Part shown: one piece after another, positions 27,246 to 37,320 of the stretch
Position numbering within the stretch: the first letter of the stretch is position 1
Layout of the letters: each line of letters begins with the position of its first letter
Assembly: GCA_903892415.1 (NCBI GenBank)
Contig: CAITIQ010000542.1
Span: 3,050-67,049, forward strand
Source: an uncultured delta proteobacterium
GTDB lineage: Bacteria > Myxococcota_A > Polyangia > Polyangiales > Polyangiaceae
DNA: 64,000 nucleotides
Direction: 5' to 3'
Notes under the pieces: model-generated
Seen by the model: the letters and a program-made list of their open reading frames with translations, nothing else
Told to the model about the DNA's origin: nothing
The model's database searches: none
Position numbers and translations under genes: made by a program

Positions 27246-27312
27246 CCGACGAGTATTGCCACCAACGGTCACGTTTCGATGACGATTGGGGAATTTGGAC
27301 GCAACCTTGTGG

Positions 27313-29196
27313 CTACTCGCTATCGGCTGAGTCAGCCTCTTGTGACTCTGCCGCGTCCTCGATTGGAGGCTTGGGCGAGGCGGTACCTGATTGGGGCGGA
27401 ATCCAATAGAGGAGGATGTCATCGTGGATCGTCGCCACCGGCTCTCTGCCTTGCGTAAACCGAAAGCACCGGCCGCCCGCCTGCTTTAGCGGCGTCTGAT
27501 GAACTGCGGCGAAGCTGCCAGGGGGAGGCCTCGAATTGCAGGAGAGCGGCTTGTAACGGATACCAAGATAGCGCGCCTCGGCGCGGCGCGTCGCTGTTTG
27601 CTCATGATAGAAAAGTGGGCCAATGTTGGCCTCTTTGACGAACTGAGCGAAGGCCGCACGGTCTTGCCCCCAGTCCTCTCCAATGACGCTGATTTGGTGA
27701 GCGGCTTCCAAGCTTCCCACCAAGCCGTTGAAGTAATTGAGCGGACTCTCGCGGCTCGACAGCGTTGAAATGGGCGTGGTTGCCACGAGTGCCGCTGCCG
27801 CCATCGAGCCGAGTACCGGCCTTCTCCAAAGCGGTCGGCTGGTTTCCGCGGAGTTGGGCTCTTGGGATGAAGCCATGCGGCTACCCAAAAGCGAGGCTGC
27901 CAGCATCGTGAGCGTCATCATGGCTGGCAGCCCGTGCCGTATGCCCATGTTGAGTCGTGACAGCATCGAAAGGCCGAGCAGCAGACAGAATACGGCGCCA
28001 AGAACGACGTGCTCCGGTTTGGGCGGGGCTCTCCGCCAGCGAGAAGCCAAGAGGACGAGCACGAAGGAAAGCAAAACCGACGGTGGGCTCTTCAGTACAG
28101 TAAGTACCGGGAAGTACAGCGCCCGACCGTCGCGGTAGGACTCGCCCATGAAGAACGACGGGTATCCGCCAGCGTTCAACGCGCGCACGCAGGCTAGTCC
28201 AAATACATGCGTGTAGGGCAATGGTACTGGCAGCCAACCGGGCAGCTTGCCAATGGGAGACTCCTCGATCACTCGCCCGCGGTAGCTCTTGGATACCTGA
28301 TACTGAGGCTCGGGCGCGGCACAAATTGTCGCTACGGTTTGAAAGCTGCGCTCAAAGCGGTAACCGGCGTTGATGGTGAAGAGGCACGCGAAGGCGATGG
28401 CGATGAAAGCTCCGCTAGCTCGCGTGAGGCGCGTGCGTGTCGATAGTCCCTTGAACGCGCCGAGGCCCAATAGGGCAACAGTTGCGATCACCGCGATACA
28501 CACGGCGGGAAGTAGAATGAGGCTGTGTTTGGTGATTGCGGCAACTCCTGCGGCAGCGCTCAAGGTGAAGAGTCGCGTCTTGGTTGGTGAGCGTAAGAAG
28601 CGCAAGAGTTCGCCCAACGTGACGAGGGTCAGCGTTGCAGCCGGCCCGTCGGTGGTCACGTAGCGTGCTTGCGCGAGCAGCGTGGGATGCAGGCCAATCA
28701 GGACGCAGCCCAACACTCCCGCATACCTTCCCCAAAGCGACCGAAACAGAAAGAGCGCGTAAAGCGCGCCAGCCATGGCAAACCCAAGCGAGACATAACG
28801 GGCTCGCGTGAGCTTGCGACGAAACGCCGGATAGTGGGCATTGTCGTCTCGTGAGATTGCCTCGAGCGCGATATCCCCCACGTGCGCGGTCTTCCAGCCT
28901 TTGAAGGTGGATAGGTCGGGATTGTCGTCGTCGAACGCGTTCGCAACGCCCATGACCGCGTTAGCGAAGGGCGGGTGGCTATAGTGCAAGCGCGTATCGG
29001 GTGCTGTCCACCAAGCAATCCCGCGGATGGTATGCGCCCACTCGTCTTCGGTCGGGGATTCACTGCTCAACCCGGGCGAGGCAATGAGCCACATACTGGT
29101 AAGCACCACAATGGCGGCCAGTACACTCCTTGAACGAACGATGCCGACGATGAGGCGGCGCATCATGCCAGTCAGTTGAAGCGCGAGAGGTTTCAA
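27313..29196 (-). CDS. GT-C type (ArnT/PMT-like) polyprenyl-phosphate-sugar dependent glycosyltransferase
   Basis: Multi-pass membrane protein. Its first loop (DEWAHTIRGIAWW..YSHPPFANAVMG) resembles the ArnT/PMT family, and it has a soluble C-terminal domain. TTG 29196 overlaps the upstream stop. ATG-ATG at 29166/29163 is an alternative start. Confidence 0.65.
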   Translation of the reverse strand: MKPLALQLTGMMRRLIVGIVRSRSVLAAIVVLTSMWLIASPGLSSESPTEDEWAHTIRGIAWWTAPDTRLHYSHPPFANAVMGVANAFDDDNPDLSTFKGWKTAHVGDIALEAISRDDNAHYPAFRRKLTRARYVSLGFAMAGALYALFLFRSLWGRYAGVLGCVLIGLHPTLLAQARYVTTDGPAATLTLVTLGELLRFLRSPTKTRLFTLSAAAGVAAITKHSLILLPAVCIAVIATVALLGLGAFKGLSTRTRLTRASGAFIAIAFACLFTINAGYRFERSFQTVATICAAPEPQYQVSKSYRGRVIEESPIGKLPGWLPVPLPYTHVFGLACVRALNAGGYPSFFMGESYRDGRALYFPVLTVLKSPPSVLLSFVLVLLASRWRRAPPKPEHVVLGAVFCLLLGLSMLSRLNMGIRHGLPAMMTLTMLAASLLGSRMASSQEPNSAETSRPLWRRPVLGSMAAAALVATTPISTLSSRESPLNYFNGLVGSLEAAHQISVIGEDWGQDRAAFAQFVKEANIGPLFYHEQTATRRAEARYLGIRYKPLSCNSRPPPGSFAAVHQTPLKQAGGRCFRFTQGREPVATIHDDILLYWIPPQSGTASPKPPIEDAAESQEADSADSE

Positions 29197-31229
29197 GGTG
29201 TCGGCTCGTCCGAAGAGAGCTCTCGGACATCAATGTCTTGTTCCGATTCTGGTACGGACGGCTTCTTCGTCGCCCGTAGAAGCACCAATGAACCGTGCTT
29301 GGCCACCACCGTGAGCCGGCCCTGCTTCACCGCCAAACGATGCTGTGCGAGGCGCTCCTTCTTGAGGTCGCGCTCATCAATGAAGACATAGTCGGTCCAA
29401 CGTTTGCCGTAGAAGTGCGCCTCCTTGCGGTTCGACACGTGGGGTCCTGTGCGGTTCGTCACTCCAACGCTCGCACCAGGCTCGAGCTGGGATAGCGTCG
29501 CCCCCAACCAATCGAAGCGACGCTGTTGCTCCTCGTTGAGGCTGCGCGCGATGGGGCTAAATCCACCGCGGAAGGAGTCATTGGCGACGAAGGCCCCGTA
29601 CTTCCACGACACGAGCAGCGAGCTGGCGAGGCAGGCGGCGAGCAGCGCATTCTGGGCGGAGTAGTGACTCGACACCGCTCCGGCCTTGAGGCGTTCTGCG
29701 CACCACGAGAGGCCGTGCGGAAAGGCAGCGAACAGGAACGGCAAAAGGCACGCCGAGTACTGAAACCCAGTTGAGAAGACCGGTTCCCGAGTCGCCAGCA
29801 GAATAAAGGTGGCGCCGTAAAGAAAGTGCCATCGGCGTCCCTTCGCGAACATTGGCAGTAGCAAAAGCGGTCCACAGACCTTGAGGGCATAGAGCACCTT
29901 GGCTTCGCTCAGGGCGTGGCGCAGCACGAACGCAGGATTGCTGAAGAGCGTGAGCAGCATTCCCCCGAGGCCCTTCCCGGCCGGAATCATGTCAGCGTAG
30001 TAGTAGGAGAAGGAGTACGACTCAGCTCCTCCCTTCATCAGTACTCCGCTCGAGGTCATGAAGACCGTCTTGACGAGCACGAAGTAGGCGACGCACACCG
30101 CGAGCGTCATAGCGCCTCTCACGCGCCACCTTTGTTCGGCGCCAAGCAGCCCCGCTATGCCAACGAACGAGAGCATGATGGGCACGTCTTCGCGCACCAA
30201 GAGCGCAATTCCAAGTGCGCCCCAGTAGCGCCATCTGCTTGCTCCCTGGAAGCCGAGGAGGGTCCAAAGCATTGGCACCGTGGCAAGCGTCAGCGAGTGG
30301 AACTCGTACAGGTTGGCACCATGAACGGCTGGATGGAGCGCATAACATGCAGCACCAATCAGTCCTGGGAGCGTTCGGTCGAACACGCGTCTGAAGAGCA
30401 GGTAAACAGGTATCACCCCGGACCCTACCCAAACGCTTTGTAGAATGAGCAGCGTTTCGGCTCGCGGGTAAAGCCGATAGAGCGGCGAGAGCAGCACCAG
30501 GATCGGATCGAAGTGAGCGGAGCCGTGATAGTTCGCCCGAACGAAGTTGCACCCGAGAAAGTTGCCATGCGCGCTTTGGTAGAAGATCTGGTCGTAGATC
30601 CCCAGGTCGATGGTGCGAGTGTTCATCGCGTGATGGTTGGTGATTGAGAGCTTGCTCATGACCACCGCGTAGCCAGCCCACATGGTCGCGACCGCGAGTG
30701 CGCCAAGGACGCGCCCGTCCACTCGCTGCGCCGGGCGCTCCCTCGCTCCTAGCCACTGCTGCGTTGACAGTCCTAGCAGCCCTCCCGCAGCGAGCGATGC
30801 CGCGAGCGTCAACCAGGGATGGTCCGTTTCCACTTTGGCAGGGAGAAGGATCATGACCAGTGGGCAAGACAATGCCGCAAGGGAGATAGCGACCAATGCC
30901 CGCTGAGCGCGTTCCCCCCAACTCTTCCGTCGTGCCCAGTTCGAGGAAGTTGCTGCGCCAAGCAACGTAAAGAGCAGGCCAAGCGCCAAAGGGGGCGCGA
31001 CGGCGTACAGCTGCTGTTCGAAGGTAAGCTTGTTGCTGGCTAGCAGCGGGCGACGGCCCAACGCGCTGAACCAGTAGACCGACCCAAGGGTGATTCCAGC
31101 TGCGAAGCACAGGATGAGCGTCTTCCCGCGGCCGTTCGCAAACTCCGACAAACGCGCGAGTAGCTGGTCGAAGCGCACTGTCAGCGGTTTCGCCGACGAG
31201 GCGTTATGATCTACGGTCTGAGTCGCCAT
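29193..31229 (-). CDS. Multi-pass membrane protein, DUF2079-like (putative GT-C enzyme)
   Basis: Many hydrophobic helices. The segment NYHGSAHFDPILVLLSPLYRLYP is as I recall for DUF2079 proteins. Soluble C-terminal domain. Confidence 0.6.
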   Translation of the reverse strand: MATQTVDHNASSAKPLTVRFDQLLARLSEFANGRGKTLILCFAAGITLGSVYWFSALGRRPLLASNKLTFEQQLYAVAPPLALGLLFTLLGAATSSNWARRKSWGERAQRALVAISLAALSCPLVMILLPAKVETDHPWLTLAASLAAGGLLGLSTQQWLGARERPAQRVDGRVLGALAVATMWAGYAVVMSKLSITNHHAMNTRTIDLGIYDQIFYQSAHGNFLGCNFVRANYHGSAHFDPILVLLSPLYRLYPRAETLLILQSVWVGSGVIPVYLLFRRVFDRTLPGLIGAACYALHPAVHGANLYEFHSLTLATVPMLWTLLGFQGASRWRYWGALGIALLVREDVPIMLSFVGIAGLLGAEQRWRVRGAMTLAVCVAYFVLVKTVFMTSSGVLMKGGAESYSFSYYYADMIPAGKGLGGMLLTLFSNPAFVLRHALSEAKVLYALKVCGPLLLLPMFAKGRRWHFLYGATFILLATREPVFSTGFQYSACLLPFLFAAFPHGLSWCAERLKAGAVSSHYSAQNALLAACLASSLLVSWKYGAFVANDSFRGGFSPIARSLNEEQQRRFDWLGATLSQLEPGASVGVTNRTGPHVSNRKEAHFYGKRWTDYVFIDERDLKKERLAQHRLAVKQGRLTVVAKHGSLVLLRATKKPSVPESEQDIDVRELSSDEPTP

Positions 31230-31396
31230 TGCGCGGGCGAGTATCTGCGGGCTATGTGACGATTAGCTTACGCTCTTGCGGCAGAGTGGGAGCAAACGTC
31301 ACACTCGAGGCCTCGTGGGTGACCACACCGTGACATTGTCGTTAATGAGCAATCCCGAATTGCTGGTCTGGTTGCGGGGTCCTATGGTCGTTAGCG

Positions 31397-32524
31397 ATGC
31401 ACCAAGGTAACTCGGGAGTGTTTGAGACACGGCGAGCAGCTCCCACGCTTTCAATTGTCATTCCCGCATTGAATGAGGCAGAGAGCTTGCCGGAGTTGGC
31501 CACTCGCATAGCGGAGACGCTTAAGGGAACGGTCAGCTACGAGCTGATCCTGGTGGACGACGGGAGCCGCGACGACACCTGGCAGGTGATGTGTGCGCTA
31601 GCTGCCCAATCAGAGTTCATTGCTGCGATAAAGTTGCGGAAGAACTTCGGCAAAGCCACCGCGCTTTCGGCGGGCTTCTCCAGGGCTCGGGGCCAGGTCT
31701 TGATGACCATGGACGCGGATCTTCAGGACGATCCAACCGAGATCCCTGCCTTCTTGAAAGCGTTGGACGACGGGCTCGACGTTGTGGTGGGTTGGAAGGT
31801 CAAGCGGCTCGACCCGGTCAATCGGCTGGTGCTGACACGCATCTTCAATGGAGCCGTACGCAGGCTGACAGGGGTGAAGCTCCACGATATGAATTGCGGC
31901 TTCAAAGCCTATCGAAGAACGGTCATTGAGACGGTGCCCATCTACGGAGATCTGTTTCGCTTCACGCCGGCGCTGGCGTCTTGGGAGGGCTTCTCGGTTG
32001 GGGAGGTGCCTGTCGCTCACCATGCTCGCAAGCACGGCACTTCGCGCTACGGCCTCGAACGGATCTTCAGAGGTTCATTCGATCTGGTTACAGTGCTCTT
32101 TCTCACGAAGTATTCGAAGCGGCCCATGCACCTCTTTGGCTCGCTTGGTGTTGCGATGGCGCTCGCGGGCGTCCTAATCAATTGTTATCTAACGTTGCTC
32201 TGGGCCAGTGGGCAGCGGATTGGAGACAGACCGCTTTTGTCGCTCGGTACGCTCATGATATTGGGTGGAATACAGCTATTTACCATGGGCTTTCTCGGAG
32301 AGTTTCTTACCTATCTCCAGCAGAAGCGTCAGAAGGCGACGGACCTTCCTATTCGCGAGATGGTTGATTCCGGCGTACCTGGCCCAAGCATGGAGGTTGG
32401 AAGCGTCGCTGCCCATAACTCGGGCAGTGTGAAGCTGGAACGCCTAGGCGACGGGTCGAGTTCAGCGCCATTCAGCGAATCGAGGCTCGCGAGCCAGGTT
32501 GCGGTTCAGGCGGTCGGTCTATGA
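31397..32524 (+). CDS. GT2 polyprenyl-phosphate glycosyltransferase (GtrB/ArnC/Dpm1-like)
   Basis: LSIVIPALNEAESL, LVDDGSRDDT, MDADLQDDP, and two C-terminal TM helices typical of GtrB-like enzymes. Confidence 0.88.
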   Translation: MHQGNSGVFETRRAAPTLSIVIPALNEAESLPELATRIAETLKGTVSYELILVDDGSRDDTWQVMCALAAQSEFIAAIKLRKNFGKATALSAGFSRARGQVLMTMDADLQDDPTEIPAFLKALDDGLDVVVGWKVKRLDPVNRLVLTRIFNGAVRRLTGVKLHDMNCGFKAYRRTVIETVPIYGDLFRFTPALASWEGFSVGEVPVAHHARKHGTSRYGLERIFRGSFDLVTVLFLTKYSKRPMHLFGSLGVAMALAGVLINCYLTLLWASGQRIGDRPLLSLGTLMILGGIQLFTMGFLGEFLTYLQQKRQKATDLPIREMVDSGVPGPSMEVGSVAAHNSGSVKLERLGDGSSSAPFSESRLASQVAVQAVGL

Positions 32525-33144
32525 TCTCGAACGCCTACTTTGAGCGCTTCGACACTGCAAAGTACCGGAGTCGTAACCCGCTCCAACGCGCCCTCATCCG
32601 CAGGTTCGGTTCAGCGGTTAAGGACTTCTTCGTAACGGCCGACCCGCGTCGCAGCGTTCTGGAGGTTGGGGTCGGAGAAGGCTTCTTGTCCGGCTACCTT
32701 TTGGAGTGCTTTCCCGATCGCAGTTTCATTGGGGTCGATCGCAATGAAGCCGATGTTCGCAGGCTGCGGACCAAATTCCCAGGCATCGAGGCCCAGGTCG
32801 GTTCTGCCTATGACCTTGCGACGTGGCGTGAGCGCGGCAACATTGACCTTGTTCTTTGCTGTGAAGTTCTCGAGCATTTGGAGCAGCCTGAGCTTGCGTT
32901 GCGCGAGATCTTGTCGCTCGGTCCTAAGTATGTGATCGCTTCAGTGCCCCACGAGCCCTTCTTCATGGCTAGCAACCTGCTAAGGGGTAAAAATATTCGG
33001 CGGCTCGGGAATGATGAAGAACACATCAACCACTGGGGCAGGCGCTCCTTCCACGAACTGCTGAGTAAGCACTTCGAGGTCGTGCAGATGACTACCACCT
33101 TCCCGTGGATCGTCGCACTGCTACGGCCGCGAGCCATTGCGTGA
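32521..33144 (+). CDS. Class I SAM-dependent methyltransferase
   Basis: VLEVGVGEGFLSGYL (motif I), IDLVLCCEVLEHL. ATGA overlap with the GT2 gene. Confidence 0.8.
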   Translation: MISNAYFERFDTAKYRSRNPLQRALIRRFGSAVKDFFVTADPRRSVLEVGVGEGFLSGYLLECFPDRSFIGVDRNEADVRRLRTKFPGIEAQVGSAYDLATWRERGNIDLVLCCEVLEHLEQPELALREILSLGPKYVIASVPHEPFFMASNLLRGKNIRRLGNDEEHINHWGRRSFHELLSKHFEVVQMTTTFPWIVALLRPRAIA

Positions 33145-34136
33145 CAGCTTCTGCGCCTGGTGGCCAAGGTCGCGTCGCCGTTCGATGGTTGATTCGGCTG
33201 GTGGGTCCTTTGATCCTCGCTGTATTGCTGTTTCGCGCTGACTCGCTCACGGGGGTCGCGCGGGCCATTGGAAATGCTGCTGTCTTGCCGCTGCTGGTTG
33301 CGCTGAGCCTAAACGTTCTGTCCGTATTCACCAAGGTCGAGCGCTGGCGGAATCTACTGCTTTCTCAGGGGATAACCTATCCACGCAAGCTAGCGTGGGG
33401 AGCGTTCCTATCGTCGATGTACCTTGGGATGGTCACCCCTGGCCGAGTAGGCGACGGCTTGCGAGCGCACTACCTGCGAAGTCACCTGGGCACTCCCTAT
33501 GCGGTTGGTATCGCTTCGGTGGTAGTTGATAGGGTTTGTGACCTGATCGTTCTGGGGCTGCTGGCGTCGATCGCGGTGGTCTATCTAGGGGCGTTGGGCT
33601 CGTTGCCGTCGGCTGTATGGGGTTTGATCGTCGTAAGTGCGATGCTACCTGTCGTGTTTGTGGTCACGCCGCGATTCGATGCTGGGCTGTTGTGGCTCGC
33701 GCGTCGATTGCCCGTCGGGGGGAACCTGATTGCTAACGTCTTGCTCAGTGTTCGCTCCTATTCGGCCGCGGCCTTACTACGCGCCATTCCGAATACCATT
33801 TTAGGGTTCGCGCTGAATTGCGTGCAAGGCCAGTTGGTGGCTTCTGCCCTTGGATTGGACATCGCGCCGCTAGACACCTCGGCCTTGGTTATTCTTGGCA
33901 GTCTCATCGGCTTGGTTCCAATCTCCATTTCGGGAGTGGGATTGCGTGAGGCGCTCTACTTCCAGGTTTTTCCAGTGCTTGGTCAAGCTTCGGGAGACGG
34001 AGTCGTGTTCGGGCTCTTGTCATTCCTGATCATCCACGCGGCGCTCGCGACTGTGGGGTTCGTGAGTTGGCAGTGGGCTCCACCGGAGCTGGCTACTCAG
34101 CATGCCCCGAAGCCGATGTCTGGACCGGTAGGCTGA
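33141..34136 (+). CDS. Flippase-like membrane protein (UPF0104 / LPG-synthase TM-region family)
   Basis: Eight or so hydrophobic helices and GRVGDGLRAHYL, as in UPF0104-type proteins. I chose GTG 33141 because it overlaps the methyltransferase stop (GTGA). Confidence 0.6.
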   Translation: MTASAPGGQGRVAVRWLIRLVGPLILAVLLFRADSLTGVARAIGNAAVLPLLVALSLNVLSVFTKVERWRNLLLSQGITYPRKLAWGAFLSSMYLGMVTPGRVGDGLRAHYLRSHLGTPYAVGIASVVVDRVCDLIVLGLLASIAVVYLGALGSLPSAVWGLIVVSAMLPVVFVVTPRFDAGLLWLARRLPVGGNLIANVLLSVRSYSAAALLRAIPNTILGFALNCVQGQLVASALGLDIAPLDTSALVILGSLIGLVPISISGVGLREALYFQVFPVLGQASGDGVVFGLLSFLIIHAALATVGFVSWQWAPPELATQHAPKPMSGPVG

Positions 34137-34202
34137 GCGAGCGCAATCTGCACCGGTCTCGAGTTTGGTCAGCTGTACAGGCTGCGGTTCCCAAGACGTG
34201 GC

Positions 34203-35750
34203 ATGGTGGCTGCGATGTCATCCCCAACGTCAATAGAAGTCGGCCCATCGCGATCTCTCGCTCCGCGGATGATCGGGCCGAGGCTGCTCGTGCCGTTGGC
34301 CTTGCTCACGGTCTACACCATTTGGAGCTCTACCTATTTGGCGTTGCGTTGGGTAGTTGCGGCCTACCCCCCCATGCTCTCGGCCGGTGCTCGCTTCGTG
34401 CTCGCAGGGAGTGTGCTGTTTCTGATCGCTCGCTGGCAAGGCGCGAGCGTTCCTTCGCGTGCTGATGTCGGGCGGGCCATCCTCCCTGGGATCTTGCTCT
34501 TCCTTGTCGGCAACGGTTTCGTATCGATCGCTGAGCGCGAGGTGTCGAGCGCTGAAGCGGCGATTGTTTGTGGGGCGATGCCACTGGTGATGGTGCTGAT
34601 GGGGTTGCTCGTGGGCGAGCGTCCGCGGCGCAGTGATCTGGTGGGGCTGGTGTTGGGCTTTGCGGGGCTTGCCGTGATGACCTTGGGGCCGATCTCTTCG
34701 GTCACCAGGTTTAACGGTTCCAGCGCTTTGTTGCTATTGGCGCCTTTTGGTTGGGCCCTCGGTTCTCGCTTAACGCGACGCCAGCGCCTGCAGAGCAGCG
34801 TGATGAGCGCGGCTTTACCGATGATTCTTGGCGGGCTCGCCGCGCTCCTGTTGGGACTGCTGCTCGGCGAGCAATTGCCGGCCAGGGCCTCGTTGCGCGC
34901 AAGCCTTTCATGGCTGTACTTGGTAGTCGCTGGCTCGATGGTGGCGTTTACTGCCTACGCCTACCTACTGCGCAATGCCCGTCCAAGCGTGGCCACAAGC
35001 TATGCTTACGTCAACCCGACGATCGCGGCGCTGCTCGGGGTCGCGTTGGGAGGTGAGACGGTCCGCTTGCAAACCCTGCTCGGTGGGGCGCTGGTGGTGG
35101 GCGGTGTTGGGGCCGGCTTTACGCGGCGACGCCAAGCCCGAGCAGCGGCCGGCAGAGCCTGCATCCGGAGATTTGTCGGTTACCGAGCGTGTGCGAGCCA
35201 ACACTGCGCTGCCGCGGCTATCGATCAAGTCGACGAGCGAGTAGGGTTCCGCGCAATGAGTGCAAAGCCCACCGATTCGGATGAGACGCACGACGAGCCA
35301 GCTCAGGATGCGCGCGTCTTTTGCGCTGACGGCTGGACCGCCCGGGTGATCAAGAACGAGGATGATGATGGTTGGGCCGTAGCCATGACCGCCGACGGCG
35401 CTTTGGAGCCGTCCCTCGTCGGCCCATGGACCATGGGGCGGGACAAGAAGAACCCAAAGCCACTCGACGCGAGCTCCTTCGCGGTGCTACTGCGCGGAGC
35501 AAACGAGATCCTCGCTCGGCACGCCCAACAGCGTCGTGCTCAGCTGCACCGCACCGTCATGGCCGAGGGGGAGGAAGGCCGGGTGCGAGTCGATCTTGAT
35601 ATCGTCCCGGATGAAGAGGATCCCCACGCAATCCTGACCGTGTTCGATCGCTCGGATGCCGTGGTTTCTCGCACGCGAGTTGCCCCGGATTTCAAGCTCA
35701 GCGCCGAAAGCGCTCGCAAGTGGTTGAAGAGCGAGGGCGCTAACGGTTAG
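34203..35750 (+). CDS. EamA/DMT-family transporter whose ORF runs on into a ~165-aa soluble domain
   Basis: Residues 1-305 form ten-helix EamA-like repeats (YTIWSSTYLALRW, AYAYLLRNARPSVATSYAYVNP). An Arg/Ala/Cys-rich linker follows, and then a hydrophilic domain that has its own ATG at 35256. Confidence 0.6.
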   Translation: MVAAMSSPTSIEVGPSRSLAPRMIGPRLLVPLALLTVYTIWSSTYLALRWVVAAYPPMLSAGARFVLAGSVLFLIARWQGASVPSRADVGRAILPGILLFLVGNGFVSIAEREVSSAEAAIVCGAMPLVMVLMGLLVGERPRRSDLVGLVLGFAGLAVMTLGPISSVTRFNGSSALLLLAPFGWALGSRLTRRQRLQSSVMSAALPMILGGLAALLLGLLLGEQLPARASLRASLSWLYLVVAGSMVAFTAYAYLLRNARPSVATSYAYVNPTIAALLGVALGGETVRLQTLLGGALVVGGVGAGFTRRRQARAAAGRACIRRFVGYRACASQHCAAAAIDQVDERVGFRAMSAKPTDSDETHDEPAQDARVFCADGWTARVIKNEDDDGWAVAMTADGALEPSLVGPWTMGRDKKNPKPLDASSFAVLLRGANEILARHAQQRRAQLHRTVMAEGEEGRVRVDLDIVPDEEDPHAILTVFDRSDAVVSRTRVAPDFKLSAESARKWLKSEGANG

Positions 35751-37320
35751 GGATGAAGCTCATGGCGCGCTCGGCCAACGCTGTAATCGTCAGGGATGGG
35801 TTGACCCCCGGATTAGCGCTCACGGCCGAGCCGTCGATTACGTAAAGACCGTCATAGCCAAAGACACGGTGTTGATGGTCGATGACGCCTGCTTTGGCGT
35901 CGCTGCCCATACAAGCTCCACCGAGGATGTGCGCCGTCGTTGGAATACCTAGTACCGTCTCGGTAAGCAGCGTCATGGTCACGCCGTCGACCTTCGCAGC
36001 AAAGCGCTCTGCGAGCTCGGTCGCCTCTTTCATGAAGGCGCTCGGTGCCGGCGTTCCGGGATCCAACTTCGACACCAGCCCCTTTTGAAAGCCCGTCATC
36101 AGCCCGCGCCCGAAACGGAGCGAGAGCGTGCCTTCGAGCGTGCGCATATACAGCAGTATCTGCGTCCTCTTGGCAAAGTCGTCCACCGTCAGCGCTCGGG
36201 CCCACCGCACTGGGGAGGCCAATAGGCCGGCTGCAACTCGGCCCAGGCGCGCTAGCAGGTGAGCACCTGGTGCATGTGGCAACACCATGGTTCGAAAGAA
36301 CCCTGAGCCCTCGGCGTAGCGCACCGGCTCGATGTGACTGTGTTCATCGGTTTCAAGGATCGAGGTGATGGCGACTCCCTTGCTGAAGTCAGCGTCCCGC
36401 TCCCCGCTGATAATGCCGATCAGCGCCTCGTTGTTGGTCCGAACCATGTCGCCGACACGTGCGGACAGCTTGGGCAACGCCGCCGGATCTGCACGGAGCG
36501 CTAGCAGCAGCGGCACGGTTCCCATCACCCCGCCCGCAAAAATCACGTTCTTTGCGGTGAAGGTGTGCTCTGCGCTCTGGCCGAGCGAGCGTTTGGTGAA
36601 GACGCTGTACCCCTTATTCTGCATAGGCCGAACACTTGTTACTTCGGTCTCGCTGCGCACGACGGCGCCAAGCTTCTCTGCCAAATAGAGATAGTTTCGA
36701 TCGAGGGTGTTCTTGGCACCGACGCGACAGCCCGTCATACAGGCTCCGCAGGCCGTACAGCCGGTACGCGCAGGTCCCTGTCCCTTGAAGTAAGGATCGG
36801 GCACCTCTTTCCCGGGCTCGCCAAAGAAGACGGCTACGTCGGTTGGGTGAAAGTCCTGCTCTTTGCCGATATCTTTGGCGATGTCTGCAAGCACACGGTC
36901 TCCCCGTGTGAGCGTGGGATTCTGCGCCGAGCCCAACATGCGTCGAGCTGTTTGGTAATGCGGCTCGAGCTCAGCTGCCCAGTTCGCCAGGTGGGACCAA
37001 GAAGCAGCCTGAAAAAAGCTGGCTTTGGGCGTCGGCAGCGTGTTCGCGTAAACGAGTGAACCACCGCCGACACCGACGCCGTGTAACACAGTTATGTGCG
37101 GTAAGAAGGACATCTGGAAGATGCCCTCGAGCCCTACCTCGGGTCGCCACATCCAACGCTTTATGTCCCAGTTCGACTTGGGGAAGTCACTCGGGGCATA
37201 GCGCTTCCCCTTCTCCAAAACGAGAACACGGTAGCCCTTCTCGGACAGCCTCAAAGCTGAAGTGCTGCCACCAAAGCCGGAGCCAATCACGATCCAGTCG
37301 TAGTCAAATTCGCTCGGCAT
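35740..37320 (-). CDS. GMC-family FAD oxidoreductase (cholesterol-oxidase-like)
   Basis: DWIVIGSGFGGSTSALRLSEKGYRVLVLEKG Rossmann motif, C-terminal GLYVIDGSAVSANPGVNPSLTI. Confidence 0.85.
   Translation of the reverse strand: MPSEFDYDWIVIGSGFGGSTSALRLSEKGYRVLVLEKGKRYAPSDFPKSNWDIKRWMWRPEVGLEGIFQMSFLPHITVLHGVGVGGGSLVYANTLPTPKASFFQAASWSHLANWAAELEPHYQTARRMLGSAQNPTLTRGDRVLADIAKDIGKEQDFHPTDVAVFFGEPGKEVPDPYFKGQGPARTGCTACGACMTGCRVGAKNTLDRNYLYLAEKLGAVVRSETEVTSVRPMQNKGYSVFTKRSLGQSAEHTFTAKNVIFAGGVMGTVPLLLALRADPAALPKLSARVGDMVRTNNEALIGIISGERDADFSKGVAITSILETDEHSHIEPVRYAEGSGFFRTMVLPHAPGAHLLARLGRVAAGLLASPVRWARALTVDDFAKRTQILLYMRTLEGTLSLRFGRGLMTGFQKGLVSKLDPGTPAPSAFMKEATELAERFAAKVDGVTMTLLTETVLGIPTTAHILGGACMGSDAKAGVIDHQHRVFGYDGLYVIDGSAVSANPGVNPSLTITALAERAMSFIPNR

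Noticed and set aside
31230-31396. Repeated GTGAC/GTCAC motifs in the divergent promoter of the glycosylation island as an operator.
   Set aside because: These are only short 5-mers with irregular spacing, too weak to call without comparative data.
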